A stretch of 64,000 nt of DNA, taken from assembly GCF_009914755.1 (NCBI RefSeq), contig NC_060936.1, one strand, 5' to 3'. Made by a program: the position numbers and the translations under genes. The notes beneath the pieces were generated by a model. That model made no database searches. It was not told where the DNA came from and was given only the letters and a program-made list of their open reading frames with translations. Source of the DNA: the human T2T-CHM13v2.0 reference genome, Homo sapiens. This document shows positions 38,282-51,489 of the stretch, piece by piece; within the stretch, counting starts at the first letter, position 1; the number at the start of each line of letters is the position of its first letter.

Positions 38282-40140
38282 TTTTTTTTTGGTCTAAGAA
38301 AGTCTTTATTACTTTCTCACATTTTTTCTCAATTTAAAATCTTTCAGAGTACAGTATTCTGTCCTGGTATGTTTTTTTTTTTTCTTTTAACACTTTAAAT
38401 ATTTCACTCTGCTCTCTTCATTGTATGGTTTTTGAGGAGAAGTCTGACGCAATTCTTATCCTTGTTCCAGCTGTAGGTAAAGTGTTTTTTCCCTTCTAGC
38501 TTCTTTCAAAAATTTCTCTGTCTTGGATTTCTGCAATTTGAATACGATATTGCCAGACATAGATTTTTTTGGTATTTATCCTTCTTGGTATTCTCTGAGC
38601 TTCCTGGATATATGGTTTGGTGTCTGTCATTAATTTTGGAAAATCCTCAGCCATTATTACTTTAAACATTTTCTCTGTTCCTTTTTGTCTTCTCCTTCTG
38701 CTATTCCTATTAAATAAATGTGACACCCCTTTAAAATTATCCCACAGTTCTTAGATATTCTGTTCTGTCTTTTTCACTTTTTTCCCTTTGCATTTATTGT
38801 TTTGGAGGTTTCTATTGACCTTTCTTTAAACTCCCAGATTCTTTCCTCAGTTGTGTCTAGTCTGTTGATGAGCGCATAAAAAGGACTCTTCATTTTTGCC
38901 ATAGTGCTTTTGACTTCTGGCATTTTTCTTTGATTCTTTCTTAGAGTTTCCATTGCTTTGCTTACATTATCATCTGTTCTTGCAACGTTGCTTTTTTTTT
39001 TTCCATTAGAGCATGTTAACTATAGTTGTTTTAAATTCCTGGTCTGATTATTAGAAAATCTCTGTCCTATCTGAGTCTGGTTCTGATGCTTGCTCTATCT
39101 CTTCAAAATGTGCTTTTGTCTTCTAGTATGGCTTTTTGTTTTTTTAAGATGGTGTCTTACTCTGTCACCCAGGCTGGAGTGCAATGGTGCGATCTCAGCT
39201 CACTGCAACCTCCACCTCCCCGGTTGAAGCAATTCTCCTGACTCAGCCTCCCAAGTAGCTGGGATTACAGATGCCTGCCACTATGCCCAGCTAATTTTTG
39301 TACTTTTAGTTGAGATGGGATTTCACCATATTGGCCAGGCTGGTCTCGAACTCCTGACCTCGTGATCCACCCACCTCAGCCTCCCAAAGTGCTGGGATTA
39401 CAGGCGTGAGCCACCGGCCTTATCTTTTTTGTTGTTGAAAGCTGAATTTGATATACTGGATAAAAGGAACTGAGGTAGTAGGCCTTTAGTGTGAAGTTTC
39501 ATGTTTATCTGACTAGGAGGTAGACTGCATTTACTATTTTCTGTGGCTAGAGACTTCTTAAATATGGTTTGAGATGTGTAGTTCTTTCGGTTGTAATCTT
39601 TTGTTATTATACAGGAGCCCTTCTGATCTTGTGGTAAGATATGGGGACGGGGAGTGCATTCTATAGACCCACAATTAGGTCTCCGACTTTCAGTGAGCCT
39701 GCGCCCTTGGGCTGTGACTTCTCAGTCTCACCCTTCCCCATTTGATGAGACAACAAAGCTAGAAAGGGCCAGAATTGGTTATTTCCCTTCCCCAACAGAG
39801 AAGGCTGGAGTGGGCTGGAGTTGGGTATTTTCTTTCTCTGAGATTGATTAGGCTCTAATAAATGACAAATTGATTAGGCTCTGGTAAAATACTTTCTCAT
39901 GAGGGCAGGCCTTGTTAAAAATAACACAATCATCTGGGTGTATTTAAAAATGGCTACTTTCCCCTTCCCCCTGCTGGAATCACAAGCGGACTTTTCTGTG
40001 ATCTTCACTGTGACAACCTGGTAGGGCTTCTAGAGGTAAAACATATGAAAGTGTGTCCCTTCCTTCCAAAAATGGGCCTCTCTGGAGTTTTAAACTCTTA
40101 AACTTGCTCACACTGAACCTCCAGCAATCTGTTAATTACA
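38282..40140 (-). mobile_element. L1M host element, piece 3 (ORF1 and 5' region)
   Basis: ORF 38496-38726(-) is ORF1p-like (IMAEDFPKLMTDTKPYIQEAQRIPRRIN). Confidence 0.82.
39133..39419 (-). mobile_element. AluSg-like
   Basis: Full dimer with CCTGACCTCGTGATCC. Confidence 0.95.
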
Positions 40141-40145
40141 GCAAT

Positions 40146-40247
40146 ATATTATATATATATACACAAAATACATATTATACCTATATATCTATATACGTGT
40201 GTGTGTGTTTGTGTGTGTATATACACACACACACATACACATACACA
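40146..40247. repeat. Compound (TA)n/(TG)n/(CA)n microsatellite
   Basis: Direct inspection. Confidence 0.9.
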
Positions 40248-40611
40248 CTGTCATGAATAATTTAATCATCAGAATACATTCTGAGAAACACGTTGTTAGG
40301 CAATTTTGTCATTGTGCAAACATCATAGAGTATACTTAAACCTAGATTGTGTAGCCTACTACACACCTAGGCTATGTAATATAGTCTATTGCTCCTAGGC
40401 TACAAATCTGTATACCATATTACTGTATTGAATACTGTAGGAAATTGTAGCACAGTGTTAAGTATTTGTGTATCTATACTTATATAGATACACAAGATAC
40501 ACTTATATAGATAAAGTATAGTCAAAATATGGCATTATAATCTTAGGGGACCACTGTTGTATATGTGGTTCCAGTTGTTGACTGAAATGTCATTATGTGG
40601 CATTATGACTG
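40248..40611 (+). mobile_element. Tigger3a/MER7-type MITE
   Basis: TIR remnants CTGTCATG...ATGACTG followed by TA; internal AACCTAGA...TAGCCTACTACACACCTAGGCTA. Confidence 0.9.
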
Positions 40612-41404
40612 TATAATTTTACCTTTTCCTCTCTTTTGCCTTTTCAGGTTCTTTAAAATAATTGAGAATTTGCTTCCAGATTATTAGTAATTTTTTTCTT
40701 AACAAAATACCTCATCCATCTATACAATCCTTTTTATGTGTTACATTATACTTCAAAGCCATATTATCAAGAGTTATCTAGATTTATTATAAAAATAACT
40801 TTTATGAGTTTTATTTATCATAGCTGTTCCTTAGTAAGTCATCTACTTGAGCTTTATATTCTGATTTTTAAGAAACAGAATGCTTAGAATCAGAACAGGA
40901 GTGGTAATGAGTACTTCCATGCCTTGTTATAAACACTTTTGGTAATTGTTGCCAAATTCTTTTCCAGAAAATTTGTGCTGATTTAACTTCCATCTGGATT
41001 TTATGGGTGTTTCAATTTTTCCATTCCCTCTTTTTTCAATATTGAATATTTTCATTCTTTATGATATCTGGCGTGTTGTATTTGAAACCTAGTTTGTCAT
41101 TTATGTTTTAATTGCATTATTTAATTATTGAGTTTAAATTTTATAATGTAATTATTCAACTTTTTTTATTTCATGTATTGCCAGTTTATGTCATTTGTGT
41201 ATTTTTCTATTGGGGTATTTATGTACTTTATTGCTTTGTAAGATTGCTTTATATATTAAGGATATTAGATCATCTTATTTTATCTGGTTGATATGTTTTT
41301 AGATTTATTTATGTTGTTTTCTGTTTGGCACCAGATCAATGCTTGTTGGCATTTTGTTAGGGAAATGGTTAGGAGCATGGACTTTGTATTCAAACTCTAG
41401 CACA

Positions 41405-41691
<287 letters not shown>

Positions 41692-43606
41692 TCAGCAACT
41701 TGCTCATTGTGTAATCTTGGGAAATTGCTTAATAACTTTTAGCTCTTGCTAAAACTGATATAAAACAATAGTGCCAACTTCATGGGGTTGTTGAGAGAGA
41801 TTACTTAAAAGGTTTAGCATAATATCTGTCATAATTTAGTAAACACTCAATCATTTCTGGCTGTTACTGTTTGTATATTTTTAAACAGTGACCAAAGCAG
41901 AAATAAAGGGAATGATGTGAAATTAATGAATATGTAAGTTATATTTGCTGCCCTCTCTGGCCTTTTCACATGTACCTTTCCCTCTGTGAAACTACCCCAC
42001 CCCCACCCTTTTATGGGGTAGCGTATTTGATATATAATCTTATTCTCATTTTGTTTAATGTCTTGGGAATGTGTTGAATACTCTTTGTGTAGGTTTTCAT
42101 TTAGGTATACTTTTCAAATATGTAAATAAAGCTCAGTAAATAGAGGCCTGTTTTCAGATTCAGTGTATACTTTAACTAAGTTTCTTTTCCTACTTATATA
42201 ACAGTGGCAATTATTGAAGTGGGACATACATCAAGTGAATAAACGGGTGTTTCCAGCTCTGAATATGCCATGAAGACCTTACTTATTTTTTTGATTAGTG
42301 ACATTTTTCTCTTCCAAAAGTTTAGAGGAATGGGAATGTGAGCCTTCCATGGGGAAGTCTTACTTGTGTTGTTACTTTTTATATGTTTTACATATCTGTC
42401 TATTCTGTGGTTGAATAAAATATGTCCTTCCTATGACCACCAGTGCAACTTTTGTACATATGCTACCCATTATACTCAGATCTCCTTTTTAAAACCTCAC
42501 AAGTAGAAAGGAATGTAAAATTTGTACTCTTTTACCTTTGAAAAACTTGCAATAATCACCATATCTTTATGATCGTTAGATTAGCAAACGGTTAAATCCT
42601 CATGAAATTCTCTTTATAAGCTGTTTGTAGTTTTCAGGCATTCAATCATTCATGCCTTATGGAAGGCAAAAAAACATTGGTTATTGATGAAATAGAAGTA
42701 AGATAGAATCACTGTTGTATTGCTACTCAGTCTATTAATGCAGAATTAAGCTAGATTTATAATATATATACAGTATATTTATATTTAATATATACTAAAA
42801 TATAATATGTGTAATATGACTATAAATTTATACTATATACTTATGTTTTTATATAGATTTATTTAATATTTAGATTTATATGTATATAAAAAACATAGGA
42901 TGTGATTTTTCATTATTTGTTTTTACAGGAACAGAATGCTAGTGCTTGAAAAAGGAACATAAAAGATCATATAGTACAACACTCTCATTTTATAAATAAT
43001 AAGCTTAGACAGGCAGCATATAGCTTACTCAAGATCTCATGTGGGAGAACCTATTGAAGAATCCAGGGCTGTGTTCATGAGACCGCACTTCCTATGACTA
43101 TAGTCATGTTTTCACTCAATTTCAAGCCCTTTTTATTTTAACTTTATTTTTAATTTCACAGTTATTTCTTTACATGGTTAAGCCAGTTCAAGATTTTCCT
43201 ATTCAATAACTTGACAGATTTCCTTTAAACAAGAGCCATCTTATTAGACACTGAAGCTATTAAAAAAATTAAGGTTGCTTTCACTGAAAATGTGCAAAAA
43301 CAACCACCCTGGTACTTGCAGTGTTACGTATATTCCCATCTTATGGCCCTAATAGAAGAATAAGTAGTTACTTTATTTCTCCTTCACCTATCCCCTTCAG
43401 GAGGTGTCCTGCCACATGCCTGTTGTGGACTTTCAAATTGTGTGCTGTATTCAAAGGAACTCAAGACCATCATAGTTAAGTTGGGCTCAATAGTTAAGAT
43501 TGAAAATGATGTTTTAATAGCTGCATCTTTCTTATTAAACAACATATTAAAAATACAGCTAGCTCTGTGTAATTACATTGATCATTGTACCCCCTGGATA
43601 ATACTA

Positions 43607-43684
43607 TTAGGTTGGTGCAAAAGTAGTTGTGGTTTTTGCCATTGAAAGAATGGCAAAAACGCAATTACTTTAGCACCAACCTAG
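43607..43684. mobile_element. MADE1 (Hsmar1-derived palindromic MITE)
   Basis: TTAGGTTGGTGCAAAAGTAGTTGTGGTTTTTGCCATT...AATGGCAAAAACGCAATTACTTTAGCACCAACCTAG, flanked by TA at 43605 and 43685. Confidence 0.97.
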
Positions 43685-43743
43685 TAATTTTCTTTCCCAC
43701 TCTTTGAGAGGTGTATGGTTTGGCAGTCTCTATGGTAAGTTGT

Positions 43744-44120
43744 TCTATTAGTCCATTCTCATGCTGCTATAAAGAACTGTCCAAAACTGGGTAATTTATA
43801 AAGGAAAGAGGTTTAATTGGCTCACAGTTTAGCATGGCTGGGGAGGCCTCAGGAACCTTCAATCATGGCGGAAGGTAAAGGGGAAGCAAGGCACTTTCTT
43901 TGCAAGGTGGCAGGAAGGAGAAGTGCCGAGTGAGGGGGGAAGAGCACTTTATAAAACCATCAGATCTCTGAGAACTCACTTGCTATTATGAGAACAGCAT
44001 GGGCGAAACTGCCCCCACGATTCAGTTAACTCCATCTGGTCCCTCCCTTGACACGTGGGGATGATGGCGATTACAATTCACGATGAGATTTGGATGCAGA
44101 CATAGAGCCAAACCATATCA
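43744..44120 (-). mobile_element. THE1 (THE1D-like) solo LTR
   Basis: TATTAGTCCATTCTCATGCTGCTATAAAG...GAGCCAAACCATATCA; 5-bp TSD GTTGT at 43739-43743 and 44121-44125. Confidence 0.94.
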
Positions 44121-44599
44121 GTTGTTGTTAAGAAATCCTACACTCACCTCTTGGTAATTAGTGCTTACCCTATGTCAACAGTGTCTCTTCAAATTGCTAA
44201 AAGGTCAGAATGTACATAAGGTATTAAGATGAACCCATCTCCTGACTGAGAGAAAAGGCAGGCTTAAGCTACCAGTGTTTAGTGGCATATATCTCTTATG
44301 TGGAAAGGCCAAGATATTTGCTTCCATCATCTTTATGCTAACTCCATGAATATCTAGCAGATAGTAGGTGCTTTGTCATAAATACTCTTGAGGTCAGCAT
44401 CCTTCTTTGCTTGGTTGCCTGGCCTCCTATGATAAAAGCAAATGCCTGATTAGTTGTTGCCTGACAGCCCTCAGTAAAGGATATAACTTGGGATAACTTT
44501 TTAGTACTGTTCTTTGGCTCTGAGATGTTCTCGTTCCTGTTTTAGCTTATTCTCTTCTTTTGCTCCATGAACTCTAGTCTTTCTTCATAGATTAATTTT

Positions 44600-46230
44600 C
44601 ATCCCTCATTCAGTAATCCTAAATATTTTTTCAGTGCTTTACTATGTGACAATCACTGTTATTGGTGCTTGATGTACGTTAGTAAACAAAACAGACAAAA
44701 ATCTCCTCACTTGTGGATCTTAAATTCTAGTTGGGGGCAGGAGACAGGCAGACAATTAAAGAAATGCATACTAAATATCTACATTTTACAACATATTAGG
44801 AGGTAACTGCTATTAAAAAAACCCAGCAGAGTAAGGGGGATTGGGAATGCTAGGGAAGACAGGGGTACAGTCACAGTTTCAATAGGTCAGAGTAGGTCTC
44901 AGGGAGAAGAAGACATGTAAGCAAACATATGCAGAAGAAAGGGAAGCTGACAATGTAGATATTCTGGGGGAAAATGGTACAAAGGCCTTATGATAAATGT
45001 ATACCTGGTTTTTAAGAAGAACAGAGAAGCAGGCCAGTATTGCTGTAGTTGAGGGAGGTGGAGGAGGGTAGCAGGAGGTCATAGAGGAAATGAAGGTCAG
45101 GTCCTGTAGGGCATTTTAGGCCACTGTGAACACATTGGATTTTACTCTGAGTAAAACAGGAAACCACCAGATGGTTTTGAATAGAGGAGTGACATGGTAT
45201 GACTTCTATCTTTAAAAGCTCACTTTGGCTGTTATATACAGAATAGGCTATAGAGAGCCACATATGAAAGCATAGAGAATAATTAGAAGGCTGTTACAGT
45301 AATACGGCCTGGGGAGAATGGTAGCTCACATCAGATGGTAGCAGCTATAGGAATGAGGTATGGTAGATTTCCAGATACACAGTCATGCATCTCATAATCA
45401 CATTTCAGTCAATGACTGGACCACATATAACAATGGTGGTCCCATAAGATTATAATATCATATTTTTGCTTTACTTTTTCTATGTTTAGATATGTTTAGA
45501 TACACAAATACTTATGATTGTGCTACAATCACCTACCGTATTCAGTACAGCAACATGCCGTGCAGGTTTGTAGCCTAGGAGCAATGGGCGATAGCATGTA
45601 GTCGAGGTGTGTAGCAGGTATACCGTCTATGTTTATGTAAATTTACTCTGTGACATTTATATAACAACAAAATAGGCTAACAGCACATTTCTCAGAACAC
45701 ATCCCCATCCGTAAGCAACATGTGACTGTAATTTAAACATGGAGCCAATAGTATTTCCCAATAGGAAATGAGTTGTGTGAGAAAGGAGTCAAGGAAAACC
45801 TCAAGGTTTCTGGCCTCAGCAACCAGAAATATGAAGTTGCAGCAATTAAAATGAGGAAGATTTCAGGTAGAATAAGTTCAGGTGGGGCCTGGGGGAGTGG
45901 TGAGGGAAATCAGTAATTCAGTTTTGAACATATTAATTTAGAGGTGCTTATAAGTCATCCCCATGGAAATGTTATATAAATGTTGGAGTTTAGAAGAGAA
46001 AATTAGAGATAAAAATTTGAGAGTCATAAGATATACAGGTGATATATAAAGCCCTGAGAGTGACTAAGATAACCACTGGGGAAAGGCTTTTGTTAGAGAT
46101 CAGGATCAGAGTCAGCCTGGGGGCATTGCAATATTTAGAAGTTGGGGAAAGAGGAGGAACCAGCAAAGGATACAGGGAGGGAGTAGCTGTGAGATAGGAG
46201 GAAATTCAAGAAGACAACAGTATCTTCCAA
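44600..46230 (-). mobile_element. L2 fragment interrupted by Tigger3a
   Basis: Reverse L2 motifs GGATTTTACTCTGAGTAAAACAGGAAACCAC...TTTTGAATAGAGGAGTGACATG and GGAGTCAAGGAAAACCTCAAGGTTTCTGGCC. Confidence 0.85.
45380..45728 (-). mobile_element. Tigger3a/MER7-type MITE, reverse
   Basis: CAGTCATG...GTGACTG followed by TA; homologous to the 40248 copy in opposite orientation. Confidence 0.9.
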
Positions 46231-46576
46231 GCAAAAGTGGTAAGCTCATACTCTTTAGGATGCTTTATAATTTGACCAAACCCCTCTGCTTCCAAGTGAG
46301 GTCATTGCAATTTTACTGAATTTCCTGGTTTCTCAGGAGAGGAATTTCTTTCCATGAGCTATGAGAAAGCTGATTTAGAGTCTCTCCACCTGTTCTGACA
46401 GCAGCCTCAGATGGCTGTCTGGAGTTTTGAGAGATGTTTGACAGAAGGCCATAGACTCTTGAAGTTTGTAGCTAGCAACCTACAGGAAGGACAGATTCAT
46501 ATATCCCATAGATAGCACCTGGGTTAGGGTCCTGATCAACACTGTTTCAGACTGTGTAGGTCCTGAGGCACAAGAT

Positions 46577-46710
46577 TGAAATTTCTGCTGGTCTTACAAG
46601 AGAATTTAGGGAAATTGGAATAAGCATTTGTTGAACTGGTAAATGAAATTTCTGCTGGTCTTACAAGAGAATTTAGGGAAATTGGAATAAGCATTTGTTG
46701 AACTGGTAAA
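46577..46710. repeat. Perfect 2 x 67-bp tandem duplication
   Basis: 46577-46643 is identical to 46644-46710. Confidence 0.98.
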
Positions 46711-47442
46711 ATATAAGGTTGTATACTCAATATGCTTCTACCATTGTGTCAAGGGTGTGATTCTCTTCTGTTTTCTGGTCCAAAAATTAGACTGAAAGAA
46801 AGGTAGACTGAATAGTCCCTGGAAGGGTTTACCAGCCCCATCCTAGATCAACTGCCTTTCATGACCTTAAAAGACTGATGGATTTAACCCTCACTTCTGC
46901 CCCTGGCAGGCTTATAGTGCCAAGTTGTGGTTTGCAAACTCTAAGACCAACACCTAAGGATTGCATCCCTGGCCACCAGATCAAAGTCCAGAGAGCAATG
47001 CCAAGTCAAAATCTAGCACTATTTGTGTGTGTGCTTGGGTAAGGTGGGATCTCCAGGGAGGTGGACAAAGTTCACTATATATACAAAGTGAGTCAACAGT
47101 TACAGAGGATAAGGCATGAAGCAGCCCAGAGGCATCTTACAAATGGTTTGCTTGTTGTCTTAGTCAACTTGGATACATCTTAAAGGAAGCCAATCCTTTG
47201 GTACAACTTTGCCTTTGTTTTTTCCCATTTCTAAATCAACACCTGGGGAAATGTTCCCCATTAATTGCTAGCTCCATATCATTCTTGCCTGTGTACATAC
47301 ATCTCTTCTCCACTGCTCAGAACACAGGAAGACTTACCCTGGTTGTGATTCTATCTCCTCGTTCTAAACAGAGTCCTGGAATTTGAAAAACACCTATCCA
47401 TTAGGTACTGCAGGAATCTTTGTGACCCCATGTAACAATGTA

Positions 47443-47825
47443 TAGATGTGTTGCTTAATGATGGGAGTACGTCTGAAGAAGTCTCTCATTAGGTGATTTT
47501 GTCATTGTGTGAACATTGGAGAGCATATACAAACCTAGATGGGATAGCCTACTACACACCTGGGCTCTGTGGTATAGCCTATTGCTTTTAGGCTACTAAC
47601 CTCCACAACATGTTACCGTACTGAACACTGTAGGCAGTTGTAACTGGTTAAGTCTTTATGTATCTGAACAGATCTAAACATAGAAAAGGTAATGCATTGC
47701 ACTAAGACGTTACAATGGCTAAGATGTCACTAGGTGTAGGACTTTTTCAGATCCATTATAATATTACGGTACCACCATCATATATGCAGTCCATAGTTGA
47801 CCTAACTGTTGTTACTTAGCATGTA
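47443..47825 (+). mobile_element. Tigger3-family MITE variant
   Basis: Shares AAACCTAGATGGGATAGCCTACTACACACCT and the terminal region with the other copies, but has a different internal segment (about 47690-47750). Confidence 0.85.
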
Positions 47826-49056
47826 ATCCTTTGTGACACTTATGATAGGAATATGTACTGGTGGGGAAACGTGAAGGCCTACAGTTGCCCTTCTATTGCC
47901 AACTCGATAGTGTGTAGCCTTGGATTCTCTTTCTATTTTGGCCCTGCTTGGGTTTCAGTACATCTTGGTTTGTATTGGTGAAGTCACATATATGATCCAT
48001 TTTATCCCCTGCTCAGACAACACAAGCACTACAGACACAATGTACCTCTTTCTTTAATAAAATGAAAAAGTACTGTGTCCTTTTTAATAGATTCTAGTTT
48101 ACTTTCTGATTCTAGAAGACCCTCTTTACTACTTTCCAAATCAAGACACATTTGTTCAACTATAAGATCATGGTTTATTTATTTTTATTATGAATTGTAA
48201 TCAGTATTTTACCTCTGCCTCAGATATTTGTCCTATAATACTTAGTCTAATTGGTGTTTGCCCCTCATTAAGGGAATTAATGACATTAGCAGGTAGGAAA
48301 ATGAGGAATAGTCCTTGAGAACTCTATCTCTAACCTTTACTGTGTTAATAAGAAGATAATAGATTAAAATAGCTTATTTTATTTTGTTAATTTCCTTTTT
48401 TAACTGACAAGTAAAAATTGTATATAATTATGGTGTACAACATGGTGTTCTGATATAGGTATGTGTTGTGGAATGGCTAAATCAAGCTATTTTTAACATA
48501 TGCATTACCTCACATATTTATTATTTTGGTGAAAATACTTAAAATCTACTCTCTTAGCAATTCTCAAGCATACCATAGGTTGTTATTTACTGTAGTCACC
48601 ATGATGTACAATAGGTCTCTTGAACTTATTTCTCCTAACTGAAATTTTGTGTCTTTGACCAACATCTCCCCAAACTCCTTCCCCTTACCCTTGGTAACCA
48701 CCATTCTACTCTGTTTTTGTGAGTTGAAATTTATTAGATTCCATATATAAGTTAGATCATGTGGTATTTGTCTTTCTGTGCCTGGCTTGTTTCAATTAAC
48801 ATAACATCCTTCAGGTTCTTCTAAGTTGTTCAAATGACAGGATTTTCTTCTTTATAAAGGATGAATAGCATTTCCTTGTGTGATTATATACCACATTCTC
48901 TATCCATTTATCTACTGATGGACATTTAGGTTGATTCCCACATCTTAGTTATTGTGAATAATGCTGCAATAAACATGGGAGTGCAGATATCTCAACAGAC
49001 TGATTTCATTTCCTTTGGATATGTACTCAGTAGTGGGTTGCTGGATCATATGGTAG

Positions 49057-49521
<465 letters not shown>

Positions 49522-49687
49522 TAGTTGATATAATGCTATCTATTTTTGCCTTTGTTGCTTGTGTTTTTGGAGTTATATCCAAAAAAATTATTGCCCAGAT
49601 CAATGTCATGGAGCTTTTCCCTGTTTTGTTCTCGTAGTTTTACAGTTTCAGATCTTATTTTTACATCTCTAATCCATTTTGAGTTTT

Positions 49688-51106
49688 TTTTTTTTAACCT
49701 CTGAACTTTTTATTGGCTTCCAGCTCCCCAGAGAGTACCCTGCTTCTGCTGGCTTAATGTCTCAGAACTTTGGTGTCATTGATCTCAGACACCACTTTGC
49801 CATCCACTGTCTGGCGGGTGGTGGTCTTTTGGATGGTTTGCATGGAGTTACTGCTGTCCAAGGCATCACCAAGACTGAAGTCCTTGATGTCTTCTGGCAG
49901 GCAGTGATACATGGCAATCTCAGCCTCCAGCTTGACCTTGATGTTCAGCAGGGCCTCCTACTCCTGGGCCTGGTGCTGCCCCTCTGCCCGGGTCTGTGTC
50001 AACTCCAACTCCAGGTGCAGCAGGATCCCGTTGAGTTGCTCCATCTGCAGGGTGTACCAGGCCTCCACCTCCCTCAGGCTGTTCTCCAAGCTGGCCTTCA
50101 GATTTCTCATGGAGTCCAGGTCAGTCTCCAAGGACTGGGCTGTATGTTACAGCTCATCTGTTGAGAGCATCATCTCAACAGCTCCAACCTTGGCCAACTG
50201 CATGGTGACCACTGTGGTACTCTCCTTAATCTGCTGAGACCAGTATTTGTCCAGCCCTTCTCAGTTCTTCCGAGCCAGCTCGTCATATTGGGCCCAGATG
50301 TCTGCCATGATCTTGGCAAGGTCCTGAGATTTGGGGGCATCTACCTCCAAGATCAAACCAGAGCTGACAATCTGGGCTTGTAGGCCTTTTACTTCCTCTT
50401 CATGGTTCTTCTTCATTAAGAGCAGCTCCTCCTTGAGAGTCTCGATCTCTGTCTTCAGCTGCAGCTGAGTGACACTGGTGTCATCAATGACCTTGCAGAG
50501 CCCATAGATGTCGCTCTCCACAGACTGGCGCATGGCCAGCTCTGTGTCATACTTGACTCTAAAGGCATCAGCAGCAAGATGGGCATTGTCGATCTGCAGA
50601 ACAATGTGGACATTGTCCACAGTATTTGTGAAGATATGAGCCCTCAGGTCCTCGATGGTCTTGAAATAATGGACCCAGTCTCTGACCTGGGGTCCTGTCT
50701 TCTCCAGGTGCTCCCAGATTTTACTCTCCACCTTCCAGTTCTTGGTCTCTGGGCTCCTCACTCTGTCCAGGTAGGAGGCCAGGCGGTCTTCAGGCTTTGC
50801 ATGGTCTCCTTCTCATTCTGGATGCCTCCCATTCCTGCCAGACCCCTAGCCATCCCTCCGGCCAGGCCCCTGGACCCCAAGCAGCCCCGGAAGCTGGTGG
50901 AGCAGGACATGGAGATCCGGGAACCAGAGCCCCCAGTGCCTGCATAGACGTTGGTTGTGCTGCTGACCAGCCAGGTGCCATAGCTGGGCACCTGGATGGA
51001 GCCCAGGGATGGGTAGGTAGTTGGTGGACAAGGTGGAGCGAGTGGTGAAGCTCATGCTGTCTGGGGAAGAGAGCGGGAAGAGAGGACTCAGGCTTTGCTG
51101 ATAACC
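49688..51106 (-). pseudogene. Full-length processed keratin 18 pseudogene (possibly KRT18P60; from memory, unverified)
   Basis: Intronless KRT18 from 5'UTR (GCAAAGCCTGAGTCC...GACAGCATG, ATG at 51055) to stop (49754), AATAAA (49709-49714), poly(A), TSD TTGAGTTTT at 49679-49687 and 51107-51115; frameshifts after MSFTTRSTLSTNY and ETMQSL; premature TGA after ELARKN. Confidence 0.97.
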
Positions 51107-51489
51107 TTGAGTTTTGTATGGTGTGAGATGAGGCTCTAATTTTATTCTTCAGAATGTGGATATCTAGTTTTCTCAGCACCACTGAAGAGAATATCCTTTC
51201 CTCATTGTGTGTTCTTGGCATCTTTTTCAAAAATAAATTGAGCATAAACTTGGACTCTCTATTTTATTCCATTGGTCTATGTGTGTGTTTTTATGCCAGT
51301 ACCATGCTGTTTTGTTTACTCTTGCTTTGTAGCAGATTTTAAAATCTGGTAATGTGATGCCTTCAGCTATTTTTTTTTCCTTATGATTGGTCTGGCTATA
51401 TGGGAGTCACTTGTGGTTTCATGCAAGTTTTAAGATTTTTTTTTTTCTATTTCTGTTTAATATGTCACTGGAATTGTTAAAAATCTTTA

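Noticed and set aside
49679-51048. Plus-strand ORFs of 161, 108, 122 and 83 aa
   Set aside because: They are antisense shadows of the GC-rich KRT18 pseudogene coding sequence.
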